Assembly (NCBI GenBank): GCA_964036045.1
Contig: OZ038378.1
Span: 127,348,001-127,412,000, forward strand
Origin: Eutreptiella sp. 'Long Island Sound 2002'
Taxonomy: Eukaryota > Protista > Euglenida
Length of the DNA: 64,000 nucleotides
Direction: 5' to 3'
In this document: in pieces, positions 63,610-64,000 of the stretch
Position numbering within the stretch: the first letter of the stretch is position 1
How the letters are laid out: each line of letters begins with the position of its first letter
The notes under the pieces: generated by a model
Databases searched by the model: none
What the model was told of the DNA's origin: nothing
Seen by the model: the letters and a program-made list of their open reading frames with translations, nothing else
Program-made: the position numbers and the translations under genes

Positions 63610-63845
63610 GGTACGCAACTCGTGCGATTTCATACAAAATTCGTACTCAGTTCGTACAAACTTGGTACGAACTTTGTACCAGAGCCTTGGTCTAAGTCGG
63701 CGACCCCATGTGAAGTTCGTACAATTTCACACAAATTAAGCGCATTCTTGTGCTAATGCACACCATGACAGCCGGTGGTCCGAATTCGTACGAACTTCGT
63801 ACGAACGCGGCACGAATTCGGTACAAATTCAAGTCAATTTGTACA
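63610..63845. repeat. Cluster of TTCGTACGAA-type palindromic motifs (also 22973-23125 and, weakly, 5945-6060)
   Basis: Iterated ttcgtacgaa/ttggtacgaa/tttgtacaaa. TTTGTACCGAATTCG at ~22973 is the reverse complement of CGAATTCGGTACAAA at ~63813. Confidence 0.72.
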
Positions 63846-64000
63846 CTTCGCTATGCCACAAGCGGGGCGCAGCGGAGGGCATTCACACGGAAACATTAGT
63901 GTCCAGCCGCCCGTCCTCACCTCCTTGGGCTTCTTCGGGGGTGGTGCCAAATTGATGAGGTGCCAGATCCAACCGGGCCTCAGTGACAGTGCCACCCCGG

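Overview
The window is eukaryotic and packed with repeats. I found no intact housekeeping gene, rRNA, true tRNA or CRISPR array. It is a nested graveyard of mobile elements. (1) Five decayed copies of a DDE transposase carry the RAG1/Transib core signature (D, D-x-K..CxxC, LH, W-x-H-x4-H..S..E), at about 1-1.6, 3.3-5.4, 7.4-9.1, 13.7-14.5 and 61.8-63.5 kb. (2) Two diverged, collinear genes encode a PhyH-like 2OG/Fe(II) dioxygenase plus a Cys/His finger, and each lies between two of those transposase copies. (3) Non-LTR retrotransposons include a GC-rich 5'-truncated insertion with an exact 18-bp target-site duplication (28178-31407) and a near full-length LINE (44.8-48.0 kb). (4) An open RNase HI frame sits behind a tRNA-like head and is bracketed by inverted LINE 3' ends. 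(5) There are several satellites and families of short palindromic motifs. All protein calls come from motifs recognised by eye, not database searches. Most long ORFs in the six-frame track are shadow or low-complexity frames. The organism cannot be determined; a large, repeat-rich protist nuclear genome is only a guess.
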